The position numbers and the translations under genes were made by a program. A DNA stretch of 64,000 nt from Candidatus Entotheonellaceae bacterium (lineage in GTDB: Bacteria; Tectomicrobia; Entotheonellia; Entotheonellales; Entotheonellaceae): assembly GCA_965238075.1 (NCBI GenBank), contig OZ250173.1, forward strand, positions 683,145 to 747,144, in the 5' to 3' direction. Positions within the stretch are counted from its first letter, which is position 1. The number at the start of each line of letters is the position of its first letter. Of the stretch, positions 39,732-47,960 are shown in pieces. Under the pieces are notes generated by a model, which searched no databases, had not been told where the DNA came from, and worked only from the letters and a program-made list of their open reading frames with translations.

Positions 39732-40229
39732 ATGCGCAAGCTTACGTTCTGGCAGCGGCTTTACCTTCCTGAAATTCTTCGCGGCATGCTGGTCACAACG
39801 CGCCACTTCTGGATCAACGTGCTGCGGCAGCGCCACACGGTCACGCAGCAATACCCGGAAAAACCCACCTACGTGTCGGAGCGCTACCGTGGGCGCCACC
39901 GTCTGACGCGCAAGGAAGACGGCTCGCCCCGCTGCACCGCCTGTATGCTGTGCGCCACTTCGTGTCCGGCCCTGTGCATCCATATCGTCGCCGCCGAGCA
40001 CAGCGACCCGACGGTGGAAAAACACCCGGCTTCCTTCACTATCGACGAACTACGCTGCGTGTTTTGCGGCCTGTGCGTCGAGGCCTGTCCGTGTGACGCC
40101 ATCCGCATGGATACCGGCATCTTCGCCCTGGCCGCCGAGAAGCGCGAGCATTTCATCTATTCGCGCGAGTTGCTGCTGGGCGACGGCGTGCCCGAAAACA
40201 TCGCCGAGGGCAAGGCACCCGCACATTAG
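39732..40229 (+). CDS. nuoI: NADH-quinone oxidoreductase subunit I (2x[4Fe-4S])
   Basis: CTACMLCATSCPALCI and CVFCGLCVEACPCDAI. Confidence 0.9.
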   Translation: MRKLTFWQRLYLPEILRGMLVTTRHFWINVLRQRHTVTQQYPEKPTYVSERYRGRHRLTRKEDGSPRCTACMLCATSCPALCIHIVAAEHSDPTVEKHPASFTIDELRCVFCGLCVEACPCDAIRMDTGIFALAAEKREHFIYSRELLLGDGVPENIAEGKAPAH

Positions 40230-40256
40230 GCGGCTGCCCGCCGAGAGGAAAACCGC

Positions 40257-42308
40257 ATGGTGCCGACACGCGAGATATACGGCAACATCGTTGGCGGCGA
40301 ATGGGTCTACGCTTTCATGGCGGTGTCCTTCGGCATTCTCGGCTGGGCCCTTTACCGACGCTATCGGCTGTGGATGCAGGGCCGTGCGGAAGACCGCCTG
40401 ACGGACGTGTGGCGGCGCTGCAAGGCCATGCTGGTCTACGGCCTCGGGCAGAAAAAGACGCTGCGCGAATGGCCGGGGGTGCTGCATTTCTGCATGTACA
40501 TCGGCTTCGTGGTGCTGTTCATCGGCACTCTCATGGTGGCGGTGCACGAAGACCTGGGCATCGAATTCCTGCACGGCCCCTTCTACCTCGTTTTTTCCCT
40601 CACCCTGGACCTGTTCGGCCTCCTGTGCCTGGTTGGCGTGGCCGGCCTCACCTGGCGGCGCTACGTCATCCAGCCCAGCGGCCTGGACAACCGCCGCGAA
40701 GACCTCATCGTGCTCGTGTGGTTCATCGCCGTGCTGCTCAGCGGTTTCGTGGTCGAGGGCGCCCGCATCGGCGGTACCGAGTTGCAACAGCACCCCGGCT
40801 GGGCGGTGTGGTCGCCGGTGGGTGCACTGATTGCCCTGGTGTTCACCGCTTTGGGTGTCAGCGAAAACCTCTTCCTCTTCTGGCACCGCGTATGGTGGTG
40901 GGCGCACATGGTCATCACCTTCGGGTTCCTGACCTACATCGGCTTTTCCAAGCTCAGCCACCTCGTCTTCTCCCCTGCCAACCTGTTTCTGCACAAATTC
41001 CGCGCCAACGGCGAATTGGCGCCCATCGCCAATCTGGACAAGGCGCTCGAAGGCGACGAAGAAGCCATGGCGAGTGTGCGCTTCGGCGCCGCCAACCTGG
41101 CCGATTTCACCTGGAAGCAGCTCCTCGACCTGGACGCCTGCACCCGCTGCGGGCGCTGCCAGGACAACTGTCCGGCGTGGCTGAGCGGCAAGCCGTTGTC
41201 GCCGAAGTTCGTCATTCTGGACCTGCAGCGGCACATGAACGCCACGGCCGCCGCCGTCTTGCGCGGTGACGAACCCAACGGCGTGTCGATGATCGGTGAC
41301 GTCATTTCGGAGGACGTATTGTGGTCCTGCACCACCTGCGGTGCCTGCGAGGAGAACTGCCCGGTTGGCATTGAGCACGTGGACACCATCGTTGACATGC
41401 GCCGCAACCTGGTCCTCGAGCAGGGCCGCATGCCGGAGACCGCCGAGGCGGCGCTGCGCAGCCTGGAGCAGCGCGGGCACCCGTGGCGCGGCACCCAGGA
41501 AACCCGCACCAGTTGGACCGAGGGTCTCGACATTCCGTTCATCGCCGATCATCCCGACGCCGAATACCTCTTCTGGGTCGGTTGCACCGGCGCCTTGGTC
41601 GAACGCAACGTCCAGGTCACCCAGGCACTGGCGACCATTCTCAAACGCGCCGAAGTCAGCTTCGCCATCCTCGGGCAGGACGAAACCTGCACGGGCGATC
41701 CGGCACGCCGCCTGGGCAACGAATACCTCTTTCAACTGCTGGCCCAGCAGAATATCGCCACCCTGCAAGCCCACAACGTGCGCAAGATCGTCACCCACTG
41801 TCCGCACTGCTTCAACACGTTGAAGAACGAGTACCCGCAGTTCGGCGGCCACTTCGAGGTCATGCACCACAGCCAGCTTATCGATCAGCTGCTCGCCGCC
41901 GGGCGCATCACCCCCACCCAGGCCAGCCGCGACAAGGTGACCTACCACGACGCCTGCTACCTCGGCAGGCACAATGGCGTGTTCGCCGCGCCGCGTCAGG
42001 CTCTGGACGCGATTCCCGGCTTGCAGACGCGGGAGATGGAGTGGAACCAACGGCGCGGGCTGTGCTGCGGCGCCGGCGGCGGTCACGCCTTCATGGAGGT
42101 CAACATCGGTCAGCGGGTGAACCACATCCGCACCGAGCAGGCCATCGAAACCGGCGCCGACGTGGTGGCCACCGGCTGCCCGTTCTGCATGCAGATGTTC
42201 GCCGACGGCGTCAAGGCCAAGGGCGTGGAGGACAGCCTGCGGGTGCAGGACATCGCCGAGATCGTCGCCGCATCGCTGCCGCCCGAGGCGGAGGAGACAT
42301 CGTCATGA
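40257..42308 (+). CDS. Membrane-bound Fe-S oxidoreductase: NarI/DsrM-like polytopic N-domain fused to an HdrD/DsrK-like (2x4Fe-4S plus two CCG) domain
   Basis: About 5-6 TM helices with conserved His residues (LHFCMY, AVHED, WWWAHMV). CTRCGRCQDNCP and CTTCGACEENCP. CCG-type motifs VGCTG, THCPHCFNTL, CCGAGGG and TGCPFCMQM. Confidence 0.8.
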   Translation: MVPTREIYGNIVGGEWVYAFMAVSFGILGWALYRRYRLWMQGRAEDRLTDVWRRCKAMLVYGLGQKKTLREWPGVLHFCMYIGFVVLFIGTLMVAVHEDLGIEFLHGPFYLVFSLTLDLFGLLCLVGVAGLTWRRYVIQPSGLDNRREDLIVLVWFIAVLLSGFVVEGARIGGTELQQHPGWAVWSPVGALIALVFTALGVSENLFLFWHRVWWWAHMVITFGFLTYIGFSKLSHLVFSPANLFLHKFRANGELAPIANLDKALEGDEEAMASVRFGAANLADFTWKQLLDLDACTRCGRCQDNCPAWLSGKPLSPKFVILDLQRHMNATAAAVLRGDEPNGVSMIGDVISEDVLWSCTTCGACEENCPVGIEHVDTIVDMRRNLVLEQGRMPETAEAALRSLEQRGHPWRGTQETRTSWTEGLDIPFIADHPDAEYLFWVGCTGALVERNVQVTQALATILKRAEVSFAILGQDETCTGDPARRLGNEYLFQLLAQQNIATLQAHNVRKIVTHCPHCFNTLKNEYPQFGGHFEVMHHSQLIDQLLAAGRITPTQASRDKVTYHDACYLGRHNGVFAAPRQALDAIPGLQTREMEWNQRRGLCCGAGGGHAFMEVNIGQRVNHIRTEQAIETGADVVATGCPFCMQMFADGVKAKGVEDSLRVQDIAEIVAASLPPEAEETSS

Positions 42309-43516
42309 CACCGCGCCCCATCTACCTCGACCACCACGCCACCACGCCGCTCGACGACGCCGTGCTCGAGGCCATGATGCCGTACCTGACCGACAAGTTC
42401 GGCAACGCCTCCAGCCGCACCCACGCCTACGGCTGGGAGGCCGAGGAAGCCGTGCACCAGGCGCGCGAGCAGGTGGCCTCTCTGATCAACGCCAGGCCGG
42501 AGGAAATCGTCTTCACCAGCGGCGCCACCGAGTCGGACAACCTGGCCCTGAAGGGCATCGCCCGCGCCTACCAGGATCGGGGCAATCACATCATCACCAC
42601 CACCACCGAGCACCGCGCCATCCTGGACGCCTGCCAGGCGCTCGAAGCCGAGGGTTTCGACGTGACCTACGTGCCGGTGGACCGCGGCGGCCTCGTGGAT
42701 CCCGAGGACGTGCGCCGAGCCATCACGCCGCGCACCATCCTGATTTCGGTGATGTACGTCAACGCCGAGATCGGCACCATCGCCCCCCTTGCCGACATCG
42801 GCGCCGTGGCGAGAGAGCACGGCGTGCTGTTTCACAGCGACGCGGTGCAGGGCGTCGGCAAAATCGCCTGCAACGTGGATGACCTGCGTGTCGATCTGAT
42901 GTCCATTTCCGCCCATAAGATATACGGCCCGAAGGGCGTCGGTGCACTGTACGTGCGCAAGACGCACCCAGAGCGGATCCGCCTGCACCCGATGATTGAC
43001 GGCGGCGGACAAGAACGCGGGTTGCGCTCCGGCACCGCCAACGTCCCCGGCATCGTCGGTTTCGGCAAGGCGTGCGAGGTGTGCCAGGCGCAATGGGAGC
43101 CCGAGGCCATCCGCCTGCGCGGCCTGCGGCATCGGCTGCACGAAGGACTGACGGCGCGCATCGACGACATTTATCTCAACGGCCACGCCGAACCCAGGCT
43201 GCCCGGCAACCTGAACGTCAGCTTCGCCTCCGTCCAGGGCGAATCGCTGCTGCTCAGCCTGCAGCACGTCGCGGCGCTGTCGGCGGGCTCGGCGTGCTCG
43301 TCCGGCTCGGACGAACCGTCTTACGTTCTGCGGGCCATCGGCATGGACGACATTCTCGCCAACGCCTCCATCCGCTTCGGCCTCGGGCGCTCCACGACGG
43401 CCGAGGAAATCGACATCGTAGTCGATGCATTGGTGGGAAAAGTGGCGCGGTTGCGCGCGCTGTCACCCATGAGCAAGGGGCAGCCATTCGGATCCGCGCC
43501 GGCTGCTAACCGCTGA
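42305..43516 (+). CDS. iscS: Cysteine desulfurase (IscS/NifS class V aminotransferase)
   Basis: IYLDHHATTPLD...FTSGATESDNLALKG...SISAHKIYGPKG (PLP Lys)...SAGSACSS active-site Cys loop. The ATG overlaps the upstream stop (ATGA). Confidence 0.9.
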   Translation: MTPRPIYLDHHATTPLDDAVLEAMMPYLTDKFGNASSRTHAYGWEAEEAVHQAREQVASLINARPEEIVFTSGATESDNLALKGIARAYQDRGNHIITTTTEHRAILDACQALEAEGFDVTYVPVDRGGLVDPEDVRRAITPRTILISVMYVNAEIGTIAPLADIGAVAREHGVLFHSDAVQGVGKIACNVDDLRVDLMSISAHKIYGPKGVGALYVRKTHPERIRLHPMIDGGGQERGLRSGTANVPGIVGFGKACEVCQAQWEPEAIRLRGLRHRLHEGLTARIDDIYLNGHAEPRLPGNLNVSFASVQGESLLLSLQHVAALSAGSACSSGSDEPSYVLRAIGMDDILANASIRFGLGRSTTAEEIDIVVDALVGKVARLRALSPMSKGQPFGSAPAANR

Positions 43517-43544
43517 TCATTTCATAAATTAGACGCCCGCGGTC

Positions 43545-44459
43545 ATGGCCGACATTTACCAACCTCACGACAGGCTTTTCCGAGCCGTTTTCTCCGACGC
43601 CGGCGAGGCCGCCAGCCTGTTGCAGGCAGCACTGCCCGACACCGTCCGCAACAGCTTCGATTGGAGGACCCTGACCTTGGTCGAGGGCACCTTCATCGAC
43701 GAGGACCTACGCGAAAGCCAGTCCGACCTGCTCTACGAGGTACAGCACACCAGCACCGGACAACCCGTGTCGATGTATATGCTCTTCGAGCACCAGTCGT
43801 CACCCGACCCGTGGATTCGCCTGCGGCTGCTGCGGTATTGCTGCCGCATCTGGGAAGGCGATCTGCGTGGCGGTCCAGACCGGCACGAGTTGCGGCCTAT
43901 CGTGCCGGTGGTATTCTATCAGGGCGAGCGCGGTTGGAATTATTCGACGGAGTTTGCCGATCTGTTTCCCGAAGCCGCACGCTCCTGGCCGTGGGTACCG
44001 CGGTTCACCCACGAACTGATGGACCAGACGACCCTGGAACCCGAGACAGTCACCGGCGGCATCAAGGGCCGCATCGCCCAGTTGCTGATGATGGTCGCGT
44101 TCGGCCGCAACGTGGAAGCGGCACTGGACTGGGCGGCGCGCTGGGCTTTGTCACTGAGCCAGGCCGGCAGCGGGGTCGATGAACTCCGCCGATTCTTCGT
44201 GTACCTGATGGCGACACAGGAGTACGAGGTGATCGAGACGTTCAGGGAGGCGCTCAGACGCCATGGACTCGAGCGAGAAGGAGAGAGCATGACGTATGCG
44301 GAAGAACTCTTGGCGAAAGGGCGGACGGAAGCCCAAGTCGAAGTCGTGGAGGGTTTTTTGCGGGTCGGCGTGACGTGGGAGGTCATCGAGGCCGCCACCG
44401 GGCTGACCGAAGCCGGCTTCCAGGCGCTCAAGGCACAGTTATCAGAGTCTGATTCGTAG
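43545..44459 (+). CDS. Rpn-family recombination-promoting nuclease / putative transposase (YhgA-like PD-(D/E)xK)
   Basis: PHDRLFRAVFSD...ESQSDLLYEVQ...MYMLFEHQSSPDPWIRLRLLRY...PVVFYQGERGW is the PDDEXK_1/Rpn signature. Confidence 0.85.
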   Translation: MADIYQPHDRLFRAVFSDAGEAASLLQAALPDTVRNSFDWRTLTLVEGTFIDEDLRESQSDLLYEVQHTSTGQPVSMYMLFEHQSSPDPWIRLRLLRYCCRIWEGDLRGGPDRHELRPIVPVVFYQGERGWNYSTEFADLFPEAARSWPWVPRFTHELMDQTTLEPETVTGGIKGRIAQLLMMVAFGRNVEAALDWAARWALSLSQAGSGVDELRRFFVYLMATQEYEVIETFREALRRHGLEREGESMTYAEELLAKGRTEAQVEVVEGFLRVGVTWEVIEAATGLTEAGFQALKAQLSESDS

Positions 44460-44729
44460 GCTCTTCAGGATTTAGGCGTCGTCGTAAGGTTTGTACCTGA
44501 AATTACTCTAACGGCATTCATGCTACAGCGGCTTCCGGTTGCGGGCCGCGGCGACGCAGAATCCCTCACCCATGCTCCACTCAGGACCTGACGGCAGCCC
44601 TTTCAGACGGGATTCGCCCTACCGTTTTGAGGCAAGGTCTATGTCGTCATTAGGGGCGAGAATTGTGCGGTGGAGCGCCTACCGCCACCGCGCCAGTCGC
44701 CGACTCTACAAGTCGGGGAGAATGGGGGA

Positions 44730-45140
44730 GTGGAAACGGTTATTGTTTCGCTGCTATCGGGTTTGGTCGGCGCAGTCCTTGCTTCGATCGGCACGCTCCT
44801 TGCGGTGTATCTCAATTCGCGGCTTGAGAAAAAACGCTACCGGCTACAGTGGAAGCGAGACGTTCTCGCCCGATCTGTCGGCTATCGGTACCTCCTTGTG
44901 CCTCCTTGGATATGGAGAAACAGCGGTGAGCCGTACATCGCTCTCAATGAAGCGTTTGTCGCATTTGACGATTCTCCACCCGTGATTGATGCCTTAGAAA
45001 AGTATCGTGTGGATCGAAACAACAACAATCTCGTGACCCTTTTCAAAGCGATGTTCAAATCGTCAGGTGTGCATTTCGATCACTTGAATGACGATTTTAT
45101 CATCCATCCGCTCGGTCCCCCGACCCCGAAGGATGAATGA
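44730..45140 (+). CDS. Small N-terminally membrane-anchored protein, function unknown
   Basis: A GTG start at 44730 gives (M)ETVIVSLLSGLVGAVLASIGTLLAVYL, a TM helix, followed by a ~105-aa soluble part. The stop overlaps the next ATG (ATGA). The longer ORF from 44670 is an alternative. Confidence 0.45.
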   Translation: METVIVSLLSGLVGAVLASIGTLLAVYLNSRLEKKRYRLQWKRDVLARSVGYRYLLVPPWIWRNSGEPYIALNEAFVAFDDSPPVIDALEKYRVDRNNNNLVTLFKAMFKSSGVHFDHLNDDFIIHPLGPPTPKDE

Positions 45141-45796
45141 GGCGACAAAGGGGCTTGGCGGAAGTTGGGAGATTAGGAAGAGTGACGAAGTTCGTCCTGC
45201 TGATGCTTGCTGTTGGGATTGGATCCATACTGTCGATACTGCCGCTATTCGTAGCAGTCATGCCGTCACCTTGGAGAGAAGTGGTCATCCTCGGGATAGT
45301 TGGGATAGCCCTCTCACTAGCGGCGGCCGTGATATCGAGGTGGGGAGAGAAGCGAAGAAAGGCAAAGGAGCTAAAACAACTTCAGATGGAGGCGGAGCGG
45401 CAGGCAGAAGAAGAAAGGAGATTGGAAGAGGCAAAGGTAGTGTGGTGGCAGGATGAAAAGACGAGACGGGAAGGGGAAGAGCGGGAACGAGGGAAGCTGA
45501 AGGAGATAACGGGGCAAAAGCAGGAGGAAAGGGGACCATGGTTATTCGACATCCAACGCCCACGCCCCATCGACGAAAAGCACACTCTGTACGGCTGGCA
45601 AGAAGGCCGGTGCAACGGCTGTGGCGTGCTGTTTCACTTCCGCAACCTGACCCTAGACCACATCACGCCGAGAACCAACGACGGCCCGGACCATATCGAC
45701 AATTTGCAGTTGCTGTGTGGCACCTGCAATTCGCTCAAAGGCGCGGGAACGCATGAAGAATTGCTTGAGAAGCTACGTTCCCAGGGGGTTACCTAA
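45137..45796 (+). CDS. Membrane-anchored HNH endonuclease (2 TM, K/E-rich coiled coil, HNH)
   Basis: TM helices FVLLMLAVGIGSILSILPLFVAV and VVILGIVGIALSLAAAVI. Charged coiled coil KRRKAKELKQLQMEAERQAEEERRLEEAK. HNH motif CNGCG...LTLDHITPRTNDGPDHIDNLQLLCGTCNSLKG. Confidence 0.75.
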   Translation: MRRQRGLAEVGRLGRVTKFVLLMLAVGIGSILSILPLFVAVMPSPWREVVILGIVGIALSLAAAVISRWGEKRRKAKELKQLQMEAERQAEEERRLEEAKVVWWQDEKTRREGEERERGKLKEITGQKQEERGPWLFDIQRPRPIDEKHTLYGWQEGRCNGCGVLFHFRNLTLDHITPRTNDGPDHIDNLQLLCGTCNSLKGAGTHEELLEKLRSQGVT

Positions 45797-45928
45797 TAGT
45801 CCAAATAGGACTTGTTAGAACGCCCCGGATTGGCCACAGACTGCCAGGCTGCCGGATTGCCCCACACAGCCAACGTCGCGCCGCCGACAAGGCCGGGAGG
45901 TAGGGGTCTATTGTGGGAGGGAGGAATC

Positions 45929-46789
45929 ATGACTCAGGAAAACGACAGGCCTTTTTCAGAACGATGCGGATATGTGCGCAAAGCGATGCAAATTGAATCC
46001 ATGGACGCAGCGCTTAAGAACGGCCTGTGGAATGCGTTTCTTCAGCATGTATGGGATCGGTATCCGCTCGGCCGGAACACCCAATATATGGCGAGTTTCT
46101 GTGAGAATCTTTGGCAAGGGCACTTCAAAGAAAGGAGAGACGATTTCAACAAGTTCAAGAACCCCTACAGTCCCGAGCCTGGTTATAACTGGTATTTATG
46201 GCTGAATGCGTTTAGAAGCCGATTTGATGGAAGCGATTGGTATGAAGTTTATGACTTTCTCGAATTTGTAGGGATTCAGTGTCCCCGCATGAGTTCAGGC
46301 CCCTTCATGGAAGCGTGCAACGTAACGCTCGAACGCGAACGAGCCGCATACAGGTTTGTGGGTGGGCGCATTGCGCCCATTACAAACGACCTGGAGATTG
46401 AAACAATTGACTCTGCCATAGAGGAGAGAGAGGGGCCTGCTGTCCATATACGCAATGCCTTGGAAAAGCTTTCCGACCGAAAGACACCTGATTACAGAAA
46501 CTCAATCAAAGAGTCCATTTCTGCTGTTGAAAGTCAGGCTCGGATAACTATGAGGGATGAAACAGCAACTTTAGGGGTACTTCTCACCAGCTTGCAAAGG
46601 GAGCGTGGGTTGCCTGCGCCACTTAAAAAAGCCTTTTCCACGCTCTATGGATATACGTCAGGTCCAAGCGGAATACGGCACGGCCTTGTGTCTGAAGGAA
46701 CGGAGGTGGGTTTCGACTTGGCCAAATTCATGCTGGTTGCTTGTTCTGCCTTCGTGAACTTTATTGCAGCCAGTGCAGAGGAAACCTGA
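45929..46789 (+). CDS. AbiJ-NTD4 / HEPN-like abortive-infection-type protein
   Basis: Start at the ATG at 45929, after GGGAGGGAGGA. The N-terminus PFSERCGYVRKAMQIESMDAALKNGLWNAF matches my recollection of AbiJ N-terminal domain 4. The C-terminus NSIKESISAVESQAR...LYGYTSGPSGIRHGL...AKFMLVACSAFVNFI matches the AbiJ-type HEPN region. Confidence 0.7.
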   Translation: MTQENDRPFSERCGYVRKAMQIESMDAALKNGLWNAFLQHVWDRYPLGRNTQYMASFCENLWQGHFKERRDDFNKFKNPYSPEPGYNWYLWLNAFRSRFDGSDWYEVYDFLEFVGIQCPRMSSGPFMEACNVTLERERAAYRFVGGRIAPITNDLEIETIDSAIEEREGPAVHIRNALEKLSDRKTPDYRNSIKESISAVESQARITMRDETATLGVLLTSLQRERGLPAPLKKAFSTLYGYTSGPSGIRHGLVSEGTEVGFDLAKFMLVACSAFVNFIAASAEET

Positions 46790-47162
46790 TGCAACCCAAC
46801 TGGCAGAACCGCACGATGTGGACAGGCGACAACCTGGACATCATGCGCGGCATGAACGCCGAGTCCATTGATCTAATCTACCTCGCCCCGCCCTTCAACT
46901 CGAACCGCAACTACGCCGCGCCCATCGGCTCGGAAGCGGCCGGCGGCGCCTTCAAGGACACCTGCACGCTGAGCGACGTGGACGAAGCGTGGCACGGCAG
47001 GGGCATGAGGTCCTACCTCATCAGGATGTCCATGCGCCTCCTGGAGATGCGCCGCCTGCTTCAAGCCCATCGGCTCCCTCTACCTGCATTGAGACCCCAC
47101 CGCCAGCCATTACCTCAAGATGCTAATGGATGCGGTGTTCGGGAAGGAAGGATCATAGCACC
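46789..47162 (+). pseudogene. N6/N4 DNA methyltransferase (PF01555-type) remnant: motif IV mutated, internal deletion, in-frame stop, 3'-truncated
   Basis: MWTGDNLDIMRGMNAESIDLIYLAPPFNSNRNY has APPF where DPPF/Y is expected. AWHG joins directly to GMRSYLIRMSMRLLEMRRLL. In the next frame, KPIGSLYLH-stop-DPTASHYLKMLMDAVFGKE has TGA where Cys is expected. The remnant ends at thiD. Its ATG overlaps the abiJ-like stop (TGATG). Confidence 0.7.
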
Positions 47163-47960
47163 ATGGTAGCCACGGCCCTCACCATCGCCGGCTCGGATTC
47201 CGGCGGCGGCGCCGGTATCCAGGCCGACCTGAAGACCTTTGCGGCCCTCGGCGTGTACGGCACCAGTGCCATCACGGCCATTACGGCGCAGAATACCTGC
47301 GGCGTTGACGCCGTGCAGGCCATTGATGCCGACGTCGTGGCGGCCCAGATTCGCACCGTGGCGTCCGACATTCCCATCGGCGCCGCCAAGACCGGCATGC
47401 TGTTTTCAACCGATATAATTCGAGCAGTGGCTGCCGCCGTTCGGGCCGCCAACCTGCCGTTTCTGGTGGTGGACCCCGTGATGGTTGCCACCAGCGGCGA
47501 CCGCCTGCTGCAGCCCGACGCCGAGGCCAGCTTGCAAAACGAGGTCATCCCCTTGGCCACCGTCGTGACCCCCAACTTGGCGGAGGCGGGGGTATTGACC
47601 GGTACCAAGGTGCATACGCTCGACGATATGCGCGCCGCCGCCGAGCATCTGGTTGCGCACGGCGCCGCCGCCGTGGTGGTGAAGGGCGGACACGCCATCA
47701 CCAAGGCGACGGACGTGTTTTACGACGGCAACCGCATGGACTTGCTGGAGAGCGTGGTCGTTGACACCACGAGCACCCACGGCACCGGCTGCACCTTTTC
47801 CGCCGCCATTTGCGCCTATCTGGCGCGCGGCGCCACACTTCTGGAGGCCGTGCGCCGCGCCAAGGCCTATCTCACCGGCGCCCTGCAAAACGCCGATCCG
47901 ATCGGGCAGGGCAACGGGCCGGTCGGGCATTTCTGGAACGTCACCCATGCCGCGGATTAG
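47163..47960 (+). CDS. thiD: Hydroxymethylpyrimidine/phosphomethylpyrimidine kinase
   Basis: ALTIAGSDSGGGAGIQADLKTF...VVDPVMVATSGDRLL...THGTGCTFSAAI. Confidence 0.9.
   Translation: MVATALTIAGSDSGGGAGIQADLKTFAALGVYGTSAITAITAQNTCGVDAVQAIDADVVAAQIRTVASDIPIGAAKTGMLFSTDIIRAVAAAVRAANLPFLVVDPVMVATSGDRLLQPDAEASLQNEVIPLATVVTPNLAEAGVLTGTKVHTLDDMRAAAEHLVAHGAAAVVVKGGHAITKATDVFYDGNRMDLLESVVVDTTSTHGTGCTFSAAICAYLARGATLLEAVRRAKAYLTGALQNADPIGQGNGPVGHFWNVTHAAD

Noticed and set aside
36608-40229. Calling the nuo genes a complete complex I operon.
   Set aside because: Only the A, H, G and I subunits are present. B-F and J-N are absent from the window.
40050-42125. A 691-aa minus-strand ORF opposite the Hdr-like gene. 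Similar antisense or off-frame ORFs are 24515..25930 -, 26727..27536 -, 37156..38118 -, 42110..43267 -, 59130..60584 - and 51810..52811 +.
   Set aside because: Same reasoning: no recognisable motifs, skewed composition, and they overlap strongly supported genes on the other strand.
47040-47162. A TPP riboswitch upstream of thiD.
   Set aside because: The ~120 nt upstream are methyltransferase-remnant coding sequence, and I could not recognise a THI-box-like core by eye. This needs an Rfam scan to exclude it formally.
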